From contig CAVDUB010000001.1 of NCBI GenBank assembly GCA_963612025.1, positions 7,323 to 71,322 on the forward strand: a DNA stretch of 64,000 nt, in the 5' to 3' direction. Each line of letters begins with the position of its first letter. Position 1 is the first letter of the stretch. A program made the position numbers and the translations under genes. Under the pieces are notes generated by a model that searched no databases, had not been told where the DNA came from, and was given only the letters and a program-made list of their open reading frames with translations. The DNA comes from a bacterium. GTDB lineage: Bacteria; Bacillota_I; Bacilli_A; RFN20; CAG-288. Positions 1 through 10,261 of this stretch are shown here, in pieces.

Positions 1-57
1 TTCACATTTACAGAGAACGTTAAAAAGCCTATACTCATGAAAAGGAAGGAAAAAAAG

Positions 58-477
58 ATGGAATATAGAAAATATAATGATGATCTAGTCATCCGTATGG
101 ATCGAGGCGAAGAGATTCTCTCCTCTCTCAAGGTAGTCTGCCTAAAAGAGAAAATTCTTCTCGGAAGCATCTCGGCCATCGGAGCCGTCGACTCCTTCGT
201 CGTCGGTGTCTATGATGTTGAGAAAAAGGAATATCACTCCAAGGAATATAATGGAGCTTATGAGATTGTTTCCCTTGTCGGCAACATTTCGACAATGAAC
301 GATGAATATTATAGCCACCTTCATCTTGCCTGTGCGGATAAAGAAAACAGGGTGGTTGGCGGGCACCTCAATTCCGCAAGAGTCTCTGCGACAGTCGAAA
401 TGTTCCTTCATGTCCTTGCCGGAAAGGTTGACCGCATCAAAGATGAAGAAACAGGATTGAACATCTTCAAGTTCTGA
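58..477 (+). CDS. PPC (DUF296) domain protein
   Basis: The ORF spans 37..477. An internal ATG at 58 lies 7 nt after an AAGGAAGGA SD. The size (139 aa) and the segments GAYEIVSLVGNIS and HLHLACAD..VVGGHL resemble the PPC/DUF296 family. Confidence 0.6.
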   Translation: MEYRKYNDDLVIRMDRGEEILSSLKVVCLKEKILLGSISAIGAVDSFVVGVYDVEKKEYHSKEYNGAYEIVSLVGNISTMNDEYYSHLHLACADKENRVVGGHLNSARVSATVEMFLHVLAGKVDRIKDEETGLNIFKF

Positions 478-573
478 TATTCCGGGTAAGAGGAAATCGA
501 TGCTGAAATTTCATTTCCTTCTTCTATCTAAGGAAGTATAATATTTTACATCTATATAAAAGGAGAATTCCTG

Positions 574-1143
574 ATGAAAACAACAAGAAGCATCGCTTTT
601 GTCGCACTGTTCACTGCGCTTCTATGCGTATTGGCTCCGATATCCATTCCGATCGAACCTGTTGCCCTGACACTCGGCACATTGGCAATCTATCTCATCG
701 GTGCTCTTCTTGATCCAGTCAAAGCACCAATCAGCGTCCTTCTCTACCTCATCCTCGGATTGGTCGGCGTTCCCGTCTTTTCGAAATTCAATGCAGGACC
801 AAGTGTTCTCTTTGGTGTCACAGGTGGTTTTCTTTTAGGCTATATTCCGGGTGTCTTCGTCCAGTCTCTGCTCACCACATGGAAGAAAGAAAAAATGTGG
901 ATTTATCCTCTTGGCATGATTGCCGGAACATTCTTTATCTACGCCTTTGGCGTCGTTTGGTTCTTAGTCTATATGAATGTCATCAACAATACACCGACCA
1001 GCCTTGCGACAGCTTTGATGGGCTGTGTCGTTCCATTCCTCTTATGGGATGCAGCAAAGATTGTCGTCGCATCCTTGGCGAGTTTCAAACTGAGAAAGCC
1101 ATTGGACAAACTCCTCTATGTTGCTGAAAGAAAGAAGGCTTAA
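574..1143 (+). CDS. bioY: Biotin transporter, BioY family (ECF S component)
   Basis: AAAGGAGA SD lies upstream. The 189-aa multi-TM protein has a BioY-like N-terminus and the core GLVGVPVFS...GPSVLFGVTGGFLLGYIPG. Confidence 0.85.
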   Translation: MKTTRSIAFVALFTALLCVLAPISIPIEPVALTLGTLAIYLIGALLDPVKAPISVLLYLILGLVGVPVFSKFNAGPSVLFGVTGGFLLGYIPGVFVQSLLTTWKKEKMWIYPLGMIAGTFFIYAFGVVWFLVYMNVINNTPTSLATALMGCVVPFLLWDAAKIVVASLASFKLRKPLDKLLYVAERKKA

Positions 1144-1315
1144 AAACTTTCAATCTATTTGATCTTCTCTCATTTTTGTATCGACTAACTAATAAACTAT
1201 CGTTTATTTTCTTTACATATTTTATTTAATGTCATTGACAGACTTTATACAATATAAAGTCTGTTTTTCATCTTTCCTATGATTTCACGACTAAGTATGT
1301 CATAATCAAGTTCAC

Positions 1316-2884
1316 ATGAACGAAATCTCAAGACTGACAAAAAAGAAGCTCATCATCATCGGGGCCGGTGTTTCCGGTTTGACAAGCGGCATTTATGGCT
1401 TGGACAATGGTTTTGATGTGGAAATCTATGAGAAACATTCCATCCCTGGCGGAGAATGCACAGGATGGACAAGAAGAGGCCAGTACATCGATGGCTGTGC
1501 GCACTGGATTGTCGGAACCTCTCCCCATTCGGAACTCTATCCGCTTTGGCATCATATCGGTGCCTTTGATGACAATCCGAAAATCTATAAGACGGAATAC
1601 ATCACGAAATTCCAACTTGATGATCAGAGAGTCTTTACTTTCTATAGCGATTTGGACAAACTCAGAAAAGAAATGCTCTTCTTTTTCCCGGAAGACAGAA
1701 GGAACATCGAGAATTTCATCTCGACGGTCAAATGCTATCGTTCCATCCATGTCCCGGCAAAAAAGCCACTCGACTTCATGAACTTCTTCAGTTTCACTCT
1801 CTTCGGAATGAAGATGCTTCCCGCAGCCTATCCGTTCTTCCATTACAAACATATCTCCATCGAAGAATATATCTCCATCTTCCATAACCATGAGCTTGGC
1901 GAAATCATCGCCCGTTTCCTCGATCCGAACTACAACATCCATTCCTTCTTCTATATCTGCCAGGCCGTCAGCAAAGGCGACGCCGGAATGATCGAAGGTG
2001 GATCTTTGAAACTAATGAAGCATGTCAGTGAAAAATTCACCCGCATGGGCGGAAAGCTCTTTTTAAAGTCTCCCGTCAAGGAAATCCTCATCCGTAACGA
2101 CAATGCCTGCGGCATTCTTCTCGAGGACGGAAGAAAAGTGATGGCTGACTATGTCATTGCAGCCTGCGATGCCTATCATGTCTTATATTCCCTTTTGAAG
2201 GGGCAGTATAAGGATAAAAGCTTTGAAGAACAGTTTGCAGATCCAATCAGCAATCCTGTCAACACGTCCGTCATGGTCTCCTTCAAGACAAATCGGAATA
2301 TGAACCGCTTCCCAAAGATGATGGATTACAAATGCGAAACATTGAATGTCTTTGGAAAAGAAACCAATCATATCTGCATCCGCAATTTCGCTTTCGATAA
2401 GACTTTGCCTGCCTTGAATGATGAAACCTTATTGACCGTTCTTCTTCCATCCGATGCGAATATCTATGACTATCTCAAGTCGCTTAGCAAGGAGGAATAC
2501 GTTAGCAAAAAGAAGGAACTCGGAAAGAGAGTCTTCGAACTCGTCAAGGAAAAGATGAATCTCCAGAAAGGCGAACTCGAATTGCTCGATATCACGACGC
2601 CTTTGACGTATGAAAGATATACCAATGCCTACAAAGGATCCTATATGTCCTTCATCACGACAAAATTCACTAAAGGACTGATGCGTCCTGGTATCATCAA
2701 GGGACTCCATTCTTTTGTTCTAGCCGGACAATGGATCATGCCGCCAGGAGGCCTTCCCATCGCCCTCATCAGCGGCAAACATGCCATCATGCGCATCTGC
2801 AAGATGGACAATCGGAAATTCATCAACAAGGAAGAATACCAGTTCAGGTTCAACATCTGTCTCAAGCTTCCCAAAGTCGCATAA
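1316..2884 (+). CDS. NAD(P)/FAD-dependent oxidoreductase, phytoene-desaturase (CrtI) superfamily
   Basis: N-terminal Rossmann motif IIIGAGVSGLTSG..EIYEK....GG. C-terminal LAGQWIMPPGGLPIALISG is typical of CrtI-like flavoproteins. It is a paralog of the ORFs at 20633 and 23450. Confidence 0.75.
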   Translation: MNEISRLTKKKLIIIGAGVSGLTSGIYGLDNGFDVEIYEKHSIPGGECTGWTRRGQYIDGCAHWIVGTSPHSELYPLWHHIGAFDDNPKIYKTEYITKFQLDDQRVFTFYSDLDKLRKEMLFFFPEDRRNIENFISTVKCYRSIHVPAKKPLDFMNFFSFTLFGMKMLPAAYPFFHYKHISIEEYISIFHNHELGEIIARFLDPNYNIHSFFYICQAVSKGDAGMIEGGSLKLMKHVSEKFTRMGGKLFLKSPVKEILIRNDNACGILLEDGRKVMADYVIAACDAYHVLYSLLKGQYKDKSFEEQFADPISNPVNTSVMVSFKTNRNMNRFPKMMDYKCETLNVFGKETNHICIRNFAFDKTLPALNDETLLTVLLPSDANIYDYLKSLSKEEYVSKKKELGKRVFELVKEKMNLQKGELELLDITTPLTYERYTNAYKGSYMSFITTKFTKGLMRPGIIKGLHSFVLAGQWIMPPGGLPIALISGKHAIMRICKMDNRKFINKEEYQFRFNICLKLPKVA

Positions 2885-2886
2885 CA

Positions 2887-2946
2887 AAAGACTGCCCGAC
2901 TCTGTCCAGAGTCAAAAACTCATGGATAGAAATGGCAGTCTTTTTC
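2887..2946. terminator. Nested hairpin between convergent genes (putative bidirectional terminator)
   Basis: The outer stem pairs AAAGACTGCC (2887..2896) with GGCAGTCTTT (2934..2943). The inner stem pairs GACTCT with AGAGTC. A T-run follows. Confidence 0.45.
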
Positions 2947-3758
2947 TATTTCAGTTTTTTTCGAAGAAGAAGAGAATGGAATCCGCGATAGAAAAGTGAA
3001 ACAAAGAGGATGCCGACAAGAAAGAGGACAATCGTCGCCCCTGGCTTCAGGTTCGCATAATAGGCAAGTGTCAGACCCGCAATCATGGAGACAACTGAGA
3101 CGATGATAGAAGAAAGAAGCGTCCATTTATAGCCTTTCTTGAACTGCAATGCGATTGCCGTCGGAAGGACAACCAGACTTGAGACAACCAAAGAACCCAC
3201 AACCTTGGCCGAGATGGCGATCGTGATGGCAAAAAGAAGATCCTGAACAAAGGTAAGAAGATTCACCTTGATACCTGCAACTCGGCTCTCATTTTCAGAA
3301 TAGAGGGAAGAGAAGATTTGGCGGTAGAATAGGAAAGAAAAAAGAACGGCAATGAAAGTCAATCCCATGGTCAGATAAAGTTCTGTATCTGAGATCAGAA
3401 GAATCGATCCAAAGAGATAGGAATCAAAATTGCTTGCGGAGGTATAGCTCGAGAGAATACCGGCTAAGCCGACAGCAAAGGAAAGAACGACCGCGACACC
3501 CATTTCCGAATATTTGTTAAACTTCTTCCTGAGCAGTTCGATGATGATAAAGGACACAATACAGGCGAGAATCGAAATCAGAAGCGGATTGAGCCCAGCC
3601 GCCAAACCGATGGCAACACCAGCCAAGGAAGAATGGGAGAGGGCATCTCCAGAAGAGGAAAGTCTTTTAAAGACCGCACTCGATCCCAGAAGGGGAATCG
3701 TGATTCCTAAGAGGAGACAGACAAGAAATGCGACCTGCATGAATCTATAAGTCAACAT
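2946..3758 (-). CDS. znuB: Metal (zinc-type) ABC transporter permease, ABC-3 family
   Basis: Multi-TM protein. MLTYRFMQVAF is a family-typical N-terminus, so ATG 3758 is preferred over 3788. It carries GDALSHSSLAG and sits in an operon with an ATPase and an SBP next to a Fur-family gene. Confidence 0.8.
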   Translation of the reverse strand: MLTYRFMQVAFLVCLLLGITIPLLGSSAVFKRLSSSGDALSHSSLAGVAIGLAAGLNPLLISILACIVSFIIIELLRKKFNKYSEMGVAVVLSFAVGLAGILSSYTSASNFDSYLFGSILLISDTELYLTMGLTFIAVLFSFLFYRQIFSSLYSENESRVAGIKVNLLTFVQDLLFAITIAISAKVVGSLVVSSLVVLPTAIALQFKKGYKWTLLSSIIVSVVSMIAGLTLAYYANLKPGATIVLFLVGILFVSLFYRGFHSLLLRKKLK

Positions 3759-4404
3759 GGCTATGTCCCCTTTCCAATTCTTTTTCATAAGTCAGAATCT
3801 GCCCCTGCTCAATAAAATAGATGACGTCAGCCAAAGCAAGGTCATGCGGATGATGAGAGACAAATAGGATTCCCACTTTCTTAGAATGAAGTTCTTCGAT
3901 GATTTCCAAAAGTCCTTCATGTGCTTTTTCATCCATGCCGGCATCCGGCTCATCAAGGACGACCAAACTCGGTGAGGAGATCAAAGCTTTGGCAATCTTG
4001 ACTCTCTGGAGCTGTCCCCCAGAGAGTTCGTTGACCAATCGTTTCCGATAGGGAAGAAGGTCCATTTTCTCAAGCATGGCATGGACTTTCTCCTTATTTC
4101 TCCGAAAATGGAAATCGAATTTCTCATTCACAAGACCAAGAGAAACAACTTCTTCGACCGTAGATGGGAAGGAAGAGTCGGAAATCGATGTTGTCTGGGA
4201 AATATAAGAGATTCTCTTCTCCTTCACTTCGATTTTTCCTTTCGTCGGTTTCAAGAGATTCAGTGCGAGACGGAGGAAAGTCGATTTTCCTCCGCCGTTG
4301 GGGCCTAGAATGCCGATGAATTGTCCATCGTCCATATGGAAGGAAATATCTTTCAATACCGGTGTATCCGGATAGGAAAAGGATACATTTTCAAAATCAA
4401 TCAT
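3745..4404 (-). CDS. znuC: Metal ABC transporter ATP-binding protein
   Basis: Walker A GPNGGGKST, signature LSGGQLQR and Walker B LVVLDEP. It overlaps both neighbouring genes. Confidence 0.85.
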   Translation of the reverse strand: MIDFENVSFSYPDTPVLKDISFHMDDGQFIGILGPNGGGKSTFLRLALNLLKPTKGKIEVKEKRISYISQTTSISDSSFPSTVEEVVSLGLVNEKFDFHFRRNKEKVHAMLEKMDLLPYRKRLVNELSGGQLQRVKIAKALISSPSLVVLDEPDAGMDEKAHEGLLEIIEELHSKKVGILFVSHHPHDLALADVIYFIEQGQILTYEKELERGHSHVDL

Positions 4405-5263
4405 AGCACGCTCCTATAATTTTATCGTAGTTTTCTCTCATCACACTCAAGTAGTCTTTCGTCTTCATATCTTCTTCGCTCATCCCTTCCAAAGGAGAAA
4501 GCATCTCCGTTTTTGCACCGGTTTCCTCAGCAATCTTCTTCGAAATCTCATCCGAGACAAGTTCCTCGTAGAAGATGGTGGAAATATGATATTCCTTCAC
4601 AGCTGAAAGAATCATTTCCATATCTTTGGCTGTGGGTTCCTGATCCGGAGAGAGGCCGTTGACAGAAACCTGTACAAGATTGTAATCCTGACAGAGATAG
4701 CCAAACGCAGCATGGGAGACCACAAGATATCGATTGGATAGATTGGCCATCTTGGAGGAATATTCTTCCTTCAGATCAAGGAATTTCTTTTCTTCCTCTT
4801 CATAGTTGTTTTGATAATAGGAAGCGTTGTCTGGATCGATATCCTGCACGATTTCTAGGATCGTCTTCATTTCCTGAATCGCATTGGGCAGAGAAAGCCA
4901 GACATGAGGATCAATGGTATTGCCAATCGAGATTGTCTTGATGTTCTTTGTCACAACATAGGTCTTATTCTCAAAATCCTTGGGAAGCGAGGAAGCATAG
5001 GATTCCAATCCAAGTCCATTCATGAAAAGAGCTTTGGCCTTGGTCATCTCAACGACATTTCTCGCCGTGGGCTCATAGTCATGCGGTTCTGCACCATAGG
5101 GTGTCAGATTGATGACGGAGAATTTATCCTTCACAATTCTTTTTGTGAAATCATAAATCGGATAAAAGGATGTATAGATGATATTTTCCTCTGCCTCTTT
5201 CTGTGTCAAAGAGCACGAAGAGAGAAAGAGAAGAGAAGAAAAGAGTAATGCAGTTTTTTTCAT
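4397..5263 (-). CDS. znuA: Metal (zinc-type) ABC substrate-binding lipoprotein (ZnuA/AdcA/TroA family)
   Basis: Signal peptide plus lipobox LSSC. It carries the conserved motifs EPHDYEPT and DPHVWLS and is first in the operon. Confidence 0.85.
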   Translation of the reverse strand: MKKTALLFSSLLFLSSCSLTQKEAEENIIYTSFYPIYDFTKRIVKDKFSVINLTPYGAEPHDYEPTARNVVEMTKAKALFMNGLGLESYASSLPKDFENKTYVVTKNIKTISIGNTIDPHVWLSLPNAIQEMKTILEIVQDIDPDNASYYQNNYEEEEKKFLDLKEEYSSKMANLSNRYLVVSHAAFGYLCQDYNLVQVSVNGLSPDQEPTAKDMEMILSAVKEYHISTIFYEELVSDEISKKIAEETGAKTEMLSPLEGMSEEDMKTKDYLSVMRENYDKIIGACYD

Positions 5264-5286
5264 TCAGGACACCTCATAACGCATTT

Positions 5287-5299
5287 GCAAATCATTTGC
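5287..5299. promoter_or_regulatory. Candidate Zur/Fur-family operator (6-1-6 palindrome GCAAATCATTTGC)
   Basis: A perfect 6-1-6 inverted repeat lies in the 97-nt divergent znuA/zur intergenic region. It is 24 nt upstream of the znuA ATG. Confidence 0.45.
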
Positions 5300-5360
5300 G
5301 TTTGATAATATACGCACCCTCCCTTGATTTTGCAAGCAGAAAAGAACAAAATAAATACAT

Positions 5361-5774
5361 ATGAAAGAAAACGCATTTGAACAATACAATCTGAAAAAGA
5401 CGCATGCAAGAGAAAGGCTTCTTTCACTTTTGGAGAAATCGAGCCATCCCCTTACGGCCGATGAAATCTATCTTTCGTTTCGAAAGAAGGATGTCAACCT
5501 ATCCACCATCTACCGCAGCCTCAAAGCATTTGAGGAAAAAGGACTGATCAAAAAAGAAGTCAACGAAAAAAAAGAAAATGTCTATTCCCTCAATCATCGA
5601 GAAGACAACCATATCCTCGTGTGCACAAGATGCCATAAGCGCATTCCTCTCCAGGGATGTCCCTTCCATGAAGTCAACGAGAAAATCGAAAAGGAAACCG
5701 GCTTTCTTCTTCAGGATCAGAATATCGAACTCTATGGGATTTGCAAAGACTGTCAAAAGAAGGAGAAGGTATGA
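5361..5774 (+). CDS. zur: Fur-family metalloregulator, probably Zur
   Basis: 137 aa with a winged-helix N-half and paired CxxC motifs (CTRCHK..., CKDCQ). It is divergent from the zinc importer operon. Confidence 0.75.
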   Translation: MKENAFEQYNLKKTHARERLLSLLEKSSHPLTADEIYLSFRKKDVNLSTIYRSLKAFEEKGLIKKEVNEKKENVYSLNHREDNHILVCTRCHKRIPLQGCPFHEVNEKIEKETGFLLQDQNIELYGICKDCQKKEKV

Positions 5775-6766
5775 GCGAAAAACTTTATTCAATCTACCAT
5801 CGTGAAATTCCTTCCTTTCTTCTACCTTTTCTGGAAAGTCCGGAAATGGAAAGAATCGATCATGTCGGAATGCACTGTGGAATGGAATATACATCCTTTC
5901 CTTTCTACAAGGATTTCAAGAAATATTCCCGCTATGAACACTCTCTAGGCGTCGCCTTGATTGTCTATCATTTCACCAATAATATGAAGATGTCTCTCTC
6001 CGGGCTTTTTCATGATATCGCCACTCCGTCTTTTGCCCACGTCATCGATTTTCTCAATGGCGATCACGAAAAACAGGAAAGTACGGAGGAGAAAACATAT
6101 TCTATTCTTGCCCATTCGAATACCATTCTTTCCAACCTAAAAAAGCAGAATATTTCCCTTGAGGAAGTCTCTGACTACCACATCTACCCAATCGCCGATA
6201 ATGACAGTCCAAAATTATCTGCCGATCGACTTGAATACACTCTCCACAATTTCTACAATTACGAATTTGCAACTCGAGATGAAATCAAGGAAATGTATGA
6301 TGATTTATGCATCGGCAGGAACGAAGAAGGGGAAGTTGAGATTTCTTTCCAAAGAGAAAATATGGCAAAGAAGTTTTCTCTTCTGGCCATTAAAAACGGA
6401 CAAATCTATGTCACCAAGGAAGACCGCTTTGCCATGGAATATCTTGCTCAGCTCATCAAAAGAGCAATCCACCGAAAGGTCCTAACTGAAGACGATCTCT
6501 ATACGACAGAAGAGAAGGTCATTGAGAAGCTGAACAATGATGAAACCACCAGACAGGATTTTCTTTTTTTTCAGAATCTATCGAAAGTCCGTCTTGAGAA
6601 AAAGCCATCAAATGAATTTTCCTATCAGATTCATGCCAAGAAAAGATACATCGATCCTCTTGTCAAAGGAAAAGGAAGAATCTCTTCTCTTGATCAGGAG
6701 GTCAAGAACGAAATCCAATCCTTCCTCAAGGAAGACTTCTCATCCTATATTACCATCGACAATTAA
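5771..6766 (+). CDS. HD-domain phosphohydrolase-like protein
   Basis: H...HD signature (YEHSLGVALIV...GLFHDIATPSFAH). Its ATG overlaps the zur TGA (ATGA at 5771..5774). Confidence 0.65.
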   Translation: MSEKLYSIYHREIPSFLLPFLESPEMERIDHVGMHCGMEYTSFPFYKDFKKYSRYEHSLGVALIVYHFTNNMKMSLSGLFHDIATPSFAHVIDFLNGDHEKQESTEEKTYSILAHSNTILSNLKKQNISLEEVSDYHIYPIADNDSPKLSADRLEYTLHNFYNYEFATRDEIKEMYDDLCIGRNEEGEVEISFQRENMAKKFSLLAIKNGQIYVTKEDRFAMEYLAQLIKRAIHRKVLTEDDLYTTEEKVIEKLNNDETTRQDFLFFQNLSKVRLEKKPSNEFSYQIHAKKRYIDPLVKGKGRISSLDQEVKNEIQSFLKEDFSSYITIDN

Positions 6767-6799
6767 AATGGCTTGCCGAACTGGCAAGCCATTCTTTTT
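6767..6799. terminator. Rho-independent terminator (bidirectional position)
   Basis: The AATGGCTTGCC-gaac-TGGCAAGCCATT hairpin is followed by a T-run. It lies between convergent genes. Confidence 0.75.
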
Positions 6800-6835
6800 A
6801 TCTAAATTTCTTCATCCAACTTCACTTATCAGACA

Positions 6836-9800
6836 TCAGTCGTTATGTGAATGAGCTTCCTGGTTTTCGTTGTGACAACCAACTTCCATGACTGCATATT
6901 CACGGTTGTTATCTGTTTCCTTGCGGATGCGGATTGTCATATGGCAACCATCCGAGAATTCTTTCGTTGCAATGAGCTGTTTATCGCTTTCGACATAGTC
7001 ATAGATGTAAGTCCATGCGCTCTTGCCTGTCAAGGCATCGATATCATTGTTAAACGCGGTAATCGCATTATCGAAGACAAGATCATCCCAAACAAGACCT
7101 TCCAAACGGAGCGAGCCAGAATCTGTGGCGACACAAGTTGGAGAATCGGCACCGATATAGAAGTAAGGGACATCATGAAGAAGCGTGTTGCTCATATAGG
7201 CTTTGACTCTCGCATCCCAATCAGTGACATCTTCGGGTGCCTTGAAAGCCGGATAATAATAGATATTGCAGACCGACTGACTTCCGCTATCCTGATTGAC
7301 CTTGAGTTTGATTTTACTGTTATCGTCCAATGTCTTGGTTGCATTGACCATCAAGTCATCTCCAGATTTCGTGATGTAGGTTTCATAGCCGGCAGCAGTC
7401 AATTCATCATAGACAAGCCAGGCCTTCTCATGCGTGAATCTCTCAGGAGAAATAATCATGGCATAGTCATCCCCATCGACGAAGCTCTGATTGGTACCGA
7501 GTGTGAAATAAGGAAGCATATAGGTTGTCGAATGGATATAGGACTGAACCTCGCTCTTGATCGTGCTGTCCCAGTCTTCCGTTCCTGTCTTCGTGATCGG
7601 AGCCAGTTTCGATCTCCAGCAATAGAGCATCGCATTTGAAGAAGCTGTGATCTTTCCGATGAAAATGGAAATCATCGTATTGTTGGAAACATCGATGGAT
7701 TTCGCCATCAGACATTTTCCATAATCATTCTTGGAATAGTAGGCTGTATAGCCATTTGACTCCAAAACCGATTTTGCATTCGTCATGATTCGATCATCCC
7801 ACGTTCCGCCAGTCACATAGAAACGATCTGTAAAATTATATTTTGAATTCGTTGTTGCGACACAATTTGCTTTCGTTTCGTTCTTTGTTCCCAAGTAGAT
7901 ATAGGGCAAAGTGAAATTTTTGAACTTCGTCAGTTTGCTTAATGTGGTTTCACTCCATGTAGTCGGAGCATGTTCCAAATTAAAGTGTTCTTCATAATAC
8001 ACACAAAGTTGTGCACGCGTATCTGTGGCATCGTACTGATTCAGCGTCATGGTGAGCTGACAACCATCGTCTAGGTATTTTTCGACCTTCAGACTATCTG
8101 CCGAATCAGAAAGGATAGACCATCCATTTGCCGTCGTATAGACTTTCTTGGCCTCCGTGATCATCTCTGGATCGAATTCACCGCCAAGAATCTCCAAATG
8201 GGGTTTTTCATTTCCCTGTGGATAGAAATAATAGTCATCATAATGATTATAGGAATCCTTGCGAAGATACACATATTGGATTTCCGAGGCATGATTATCC
8301 AAATTGGTATCCATATAGGTCAGAAGATCATCGTTCCAACCAGTCGCAGTCGAAGGAACTTCATATTTCTTGACAAAGGAAATAACCATTTCCGCATTGC
8401 CAACACTGTTGGACTGGACTCTGATCTTATATTTGTTTCCATCGATCTTGGCTTCCATGATGATGGCACTGGTGGCATCGGTCACTGTCCACACCTTATT
8501 TCCTTCAGTATCTGTAATGTTCGAATAGGTCGTCTGAACATGTTCCATGATGGCGGAAATCCATTTTCCGCCTGTGATGGTCATAGTCGAGGAAGAATAG
8601 AGGGCCGTTTCAGGAGCTGCATTGAGATAGACATAAGGAAGGACATAGCCGAAATTCGTTGTCATGAGATCCTGAGTGGTTGTCGACCAGGCTGTCGCCG
8701 AGGACGGAATGACCAAGCCCTCCGTCAGATAGCATTCGATGACAACGCCATAGGCGGCACTTTCCTTGACAATCGCCTTCACCTTGCATTTGTCTGTGAA
8801 TTCTTTTTCATAGGTGATATAGCGAGAAGAATCAGTTTCCGATTCATCGACAAGCGTATTCCAACCATCACTCTCCAAGAAGACTGCCTTGGAATTGGTC
8901 AAGACCTGACCGATTTGATCCTTCGTGAGGTCTTTATTTCCGCGGACTTCGACATAGTTTTGTTCCTGCGTCCCCATCGACGTCGCATTTCTTGTACCCA
9001 AATAGAGATACGGAATCGTGTGACTATCCAAATAAGAAGCTAAATCCATGCTGACAGAACTTGGCCAAGCCGTCTGCACGCTTGGATCAAATCCTTCCTT
9101 GAAGTTCACTTTCATGACAATCTTGGCCAAGGAAGCACCAGACTTCGAAATCTCGATTTCGAAGGCATCCTCACCCGTCGAGGCTTTTCCGGTTGCAGTC
9201 AGCTTCTCATTTCCATCTTTTTTGACGGTATATCCAGCATCGGACAAAGAAAGAAGGGCATCGTCAATGACATTGGCATTCCATTTTCCGCCAGCGACGG
9301 TGATTGTCTTATCCACATCGGAATAGGAAGCATATGGATTCTTGGTTCCCAAATAGACAAAAGGAACGACCGAATAGAAATTCTGATTGAAAATCTTCGT
9401 GACATCGCTTTCCCAGGCGGTCGCAGCCGTCTTGTCATAGTCTTCATCATAGGTCGCAGAAATGACGATTGTTTCATCCAAAGCCGTGACATTCATGCTC
9501 TTCTGCTGGATTTTTACATTGATCTTACCGGTCGCATCTTTCGCAGTGAAGGAATTCTCACTATTGGTCAGAATCGTCCAGCCAGCTTTTGTATAAATAT
9601 CGGCAGCCGAGGAAGATGTGGTGTCTTCCCAGGTCTTGCTTCCCGAAATGGAAAGAACACCATAGTCAGCATCTGTGACATTCCATTCCGTTTCAACTTC
9701 AGAGGATTTTCCCAAATTCAGGAAAGGAAGAAGGCTTCCACCTAAATATTTCTGCATGGCAGAAGAAACCTTATCAGACCAACCGGCATAATAATCCGGT

Positions 9801-10009
9801 GCAGCGGATGAAGAAGACGAACTCGAAGAAGAAATGGATGAAGAGGAATCAGTAGTCGAAGAGATGACCGAGGAAGGCAAAGCTGTGCTTTCCTTCGTCG
9901 ATGAGGTTTCTCCAGTCGAAGAAGAAGCAGAAGAAGTATTTTCTCTTCCCGTGCATCCGATCATAGACAGCGCCACAAGAGGCAATAGGAGTAAATTGAT
10001 TTTTTTCAT
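6836..10009 (-). CDS. Large repeat lipoprotein LP1 (8 tandem ~120-aa modules), unknown function
   Basis: The start was moved to MKKINLL. It has lipobox LSMIGC, a Ser-rich tether, and eight modules anchored by W...(L/I/V)P(Y/F)xYLG. It is a paralog of LP2 and LP3. Confidence 0.85.
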   Translation of the reverse strand: MKKINLLLLPLVALSMIGCTGRENTSSASSSTGETSSTKESTALPSSVISSTTDSSSSISSSSSSSSSAAPDYYAGWSDKVSSAMQKYLGGSLLPFLNLGKSSEVETEWNVTDADYGVLSISGSKTWEDTTSSSAADIYTKAGWTILTNSENSFTAKDATGKINVKIQQKSMNVTALDETIVISATYDEDYDKTAATAWESDVTKIFNQNFYSVVPFVYLGTKNPYASYSDVDKTITVAGGKWNANVIDDALLSLSDAGYTVKKDGNEKLTATGKASTGEDAFEIEISKSGASLAKIVMKVNFKEGFDPSVQTAWPSSVSMDLASYLDSHTIPYLYLGTRNATSMGTQEQNYVEVRGNKDLTKDQIGQVLTNSKAVFLESDGWNTLVDESETDSSRYITYEKEFTDKCKVKAIVKESAAYGVVIECYLTEGLVIPSSATAWSTTTQDLMTTNFGYVLPYVYLNAAPETALYSSSTMTITGGKWISAIMEHVQTTYSNITDTEGNKVWTVTDATSAIIMEAKIDGNKYKIRVQSNSVGNAEMVISFVKKYEVPSTATGWNDDLLTYMDTNLDNHASEIQYVYLRKDSYNHYDDYYFYPQGNEKPHLEILGGEFDPEMITEAKKVYTTANGWSILSDSADSLKVEKYLDDGCQLTMTLNQYDATDTRAQLCVYYEEHFNLEHAPTTWSETTLSKLTKFKNFTLPYIYLGTKNETKANCVATTNSKYNFTDRFYVTGGTWDDRIMTNAKSVLESNGYTAYYSKNDYGKCLMAKSIDVSNNTMISIFIGKITASSNAMLYCWRSKLAPITKTGTEDWDSTIKSEVQSYIHSTTYMLPYFTLGTNQSFVDGDDYAMIISPERFTHEKAWLVYDELTAAGYETYITKSGDDLMVNATKTLDDNSKIKLKVNQDSGSQSVCNIYYYPAFKAPEDVTDWDARVKAYMSNTLLHDVPYFYIGADSPTCVATDSGSLRLEGLVWDDLVFDNAITAFNNDIDALTGKSAWTYIYDYVESDKQLIATKEFSDGCHMTIRIRKETDNNREYAVMEVGCHNENQEAHSHND

Positions 10010-10227
10010 ATTTGCGATAAGTCTCCTTGTTATTTGACTATTATACAAAATATCGTAGAATCCAAAATATAGAACAAAAAAAGAAAGCTGTTTTTCAAGC
10101 GCGATAAAAGAAAAAAACTAGAAACAAAGGGGAAATCGTTATCATTTGTCTCATTTCTATCAGATTAAGAAAAACACCACTTCTTTGCCAGTCAAAGACC
10201 GGTCTTCGGATTCTTAAAAGAATTTAA

Positions 10228-10256
10228 GAAAAAGAGGGGTCTTATTTACCCCTCTC
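10228..10256 (-). terminator. Rho-independent terminator of the 155-aa gene
   Basis: On the minus strand, a GAGGGGT-aaataag-ACCCCTC hairpin is followed by TTTTT. Confidence 0.7.
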
Positions 10257-10261
10257 AGAGA

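Noticed and set aside
10194-10205. A perfect 12-bp palindrome, AAGACCGGTCTT, lies about 185 nt upstream of LP1.
   Set aside because: It is a single short palindrome with no loop, no partner site and no recognisable regulator nearby. It could arise by chance. I do not report it as a regulatory site.
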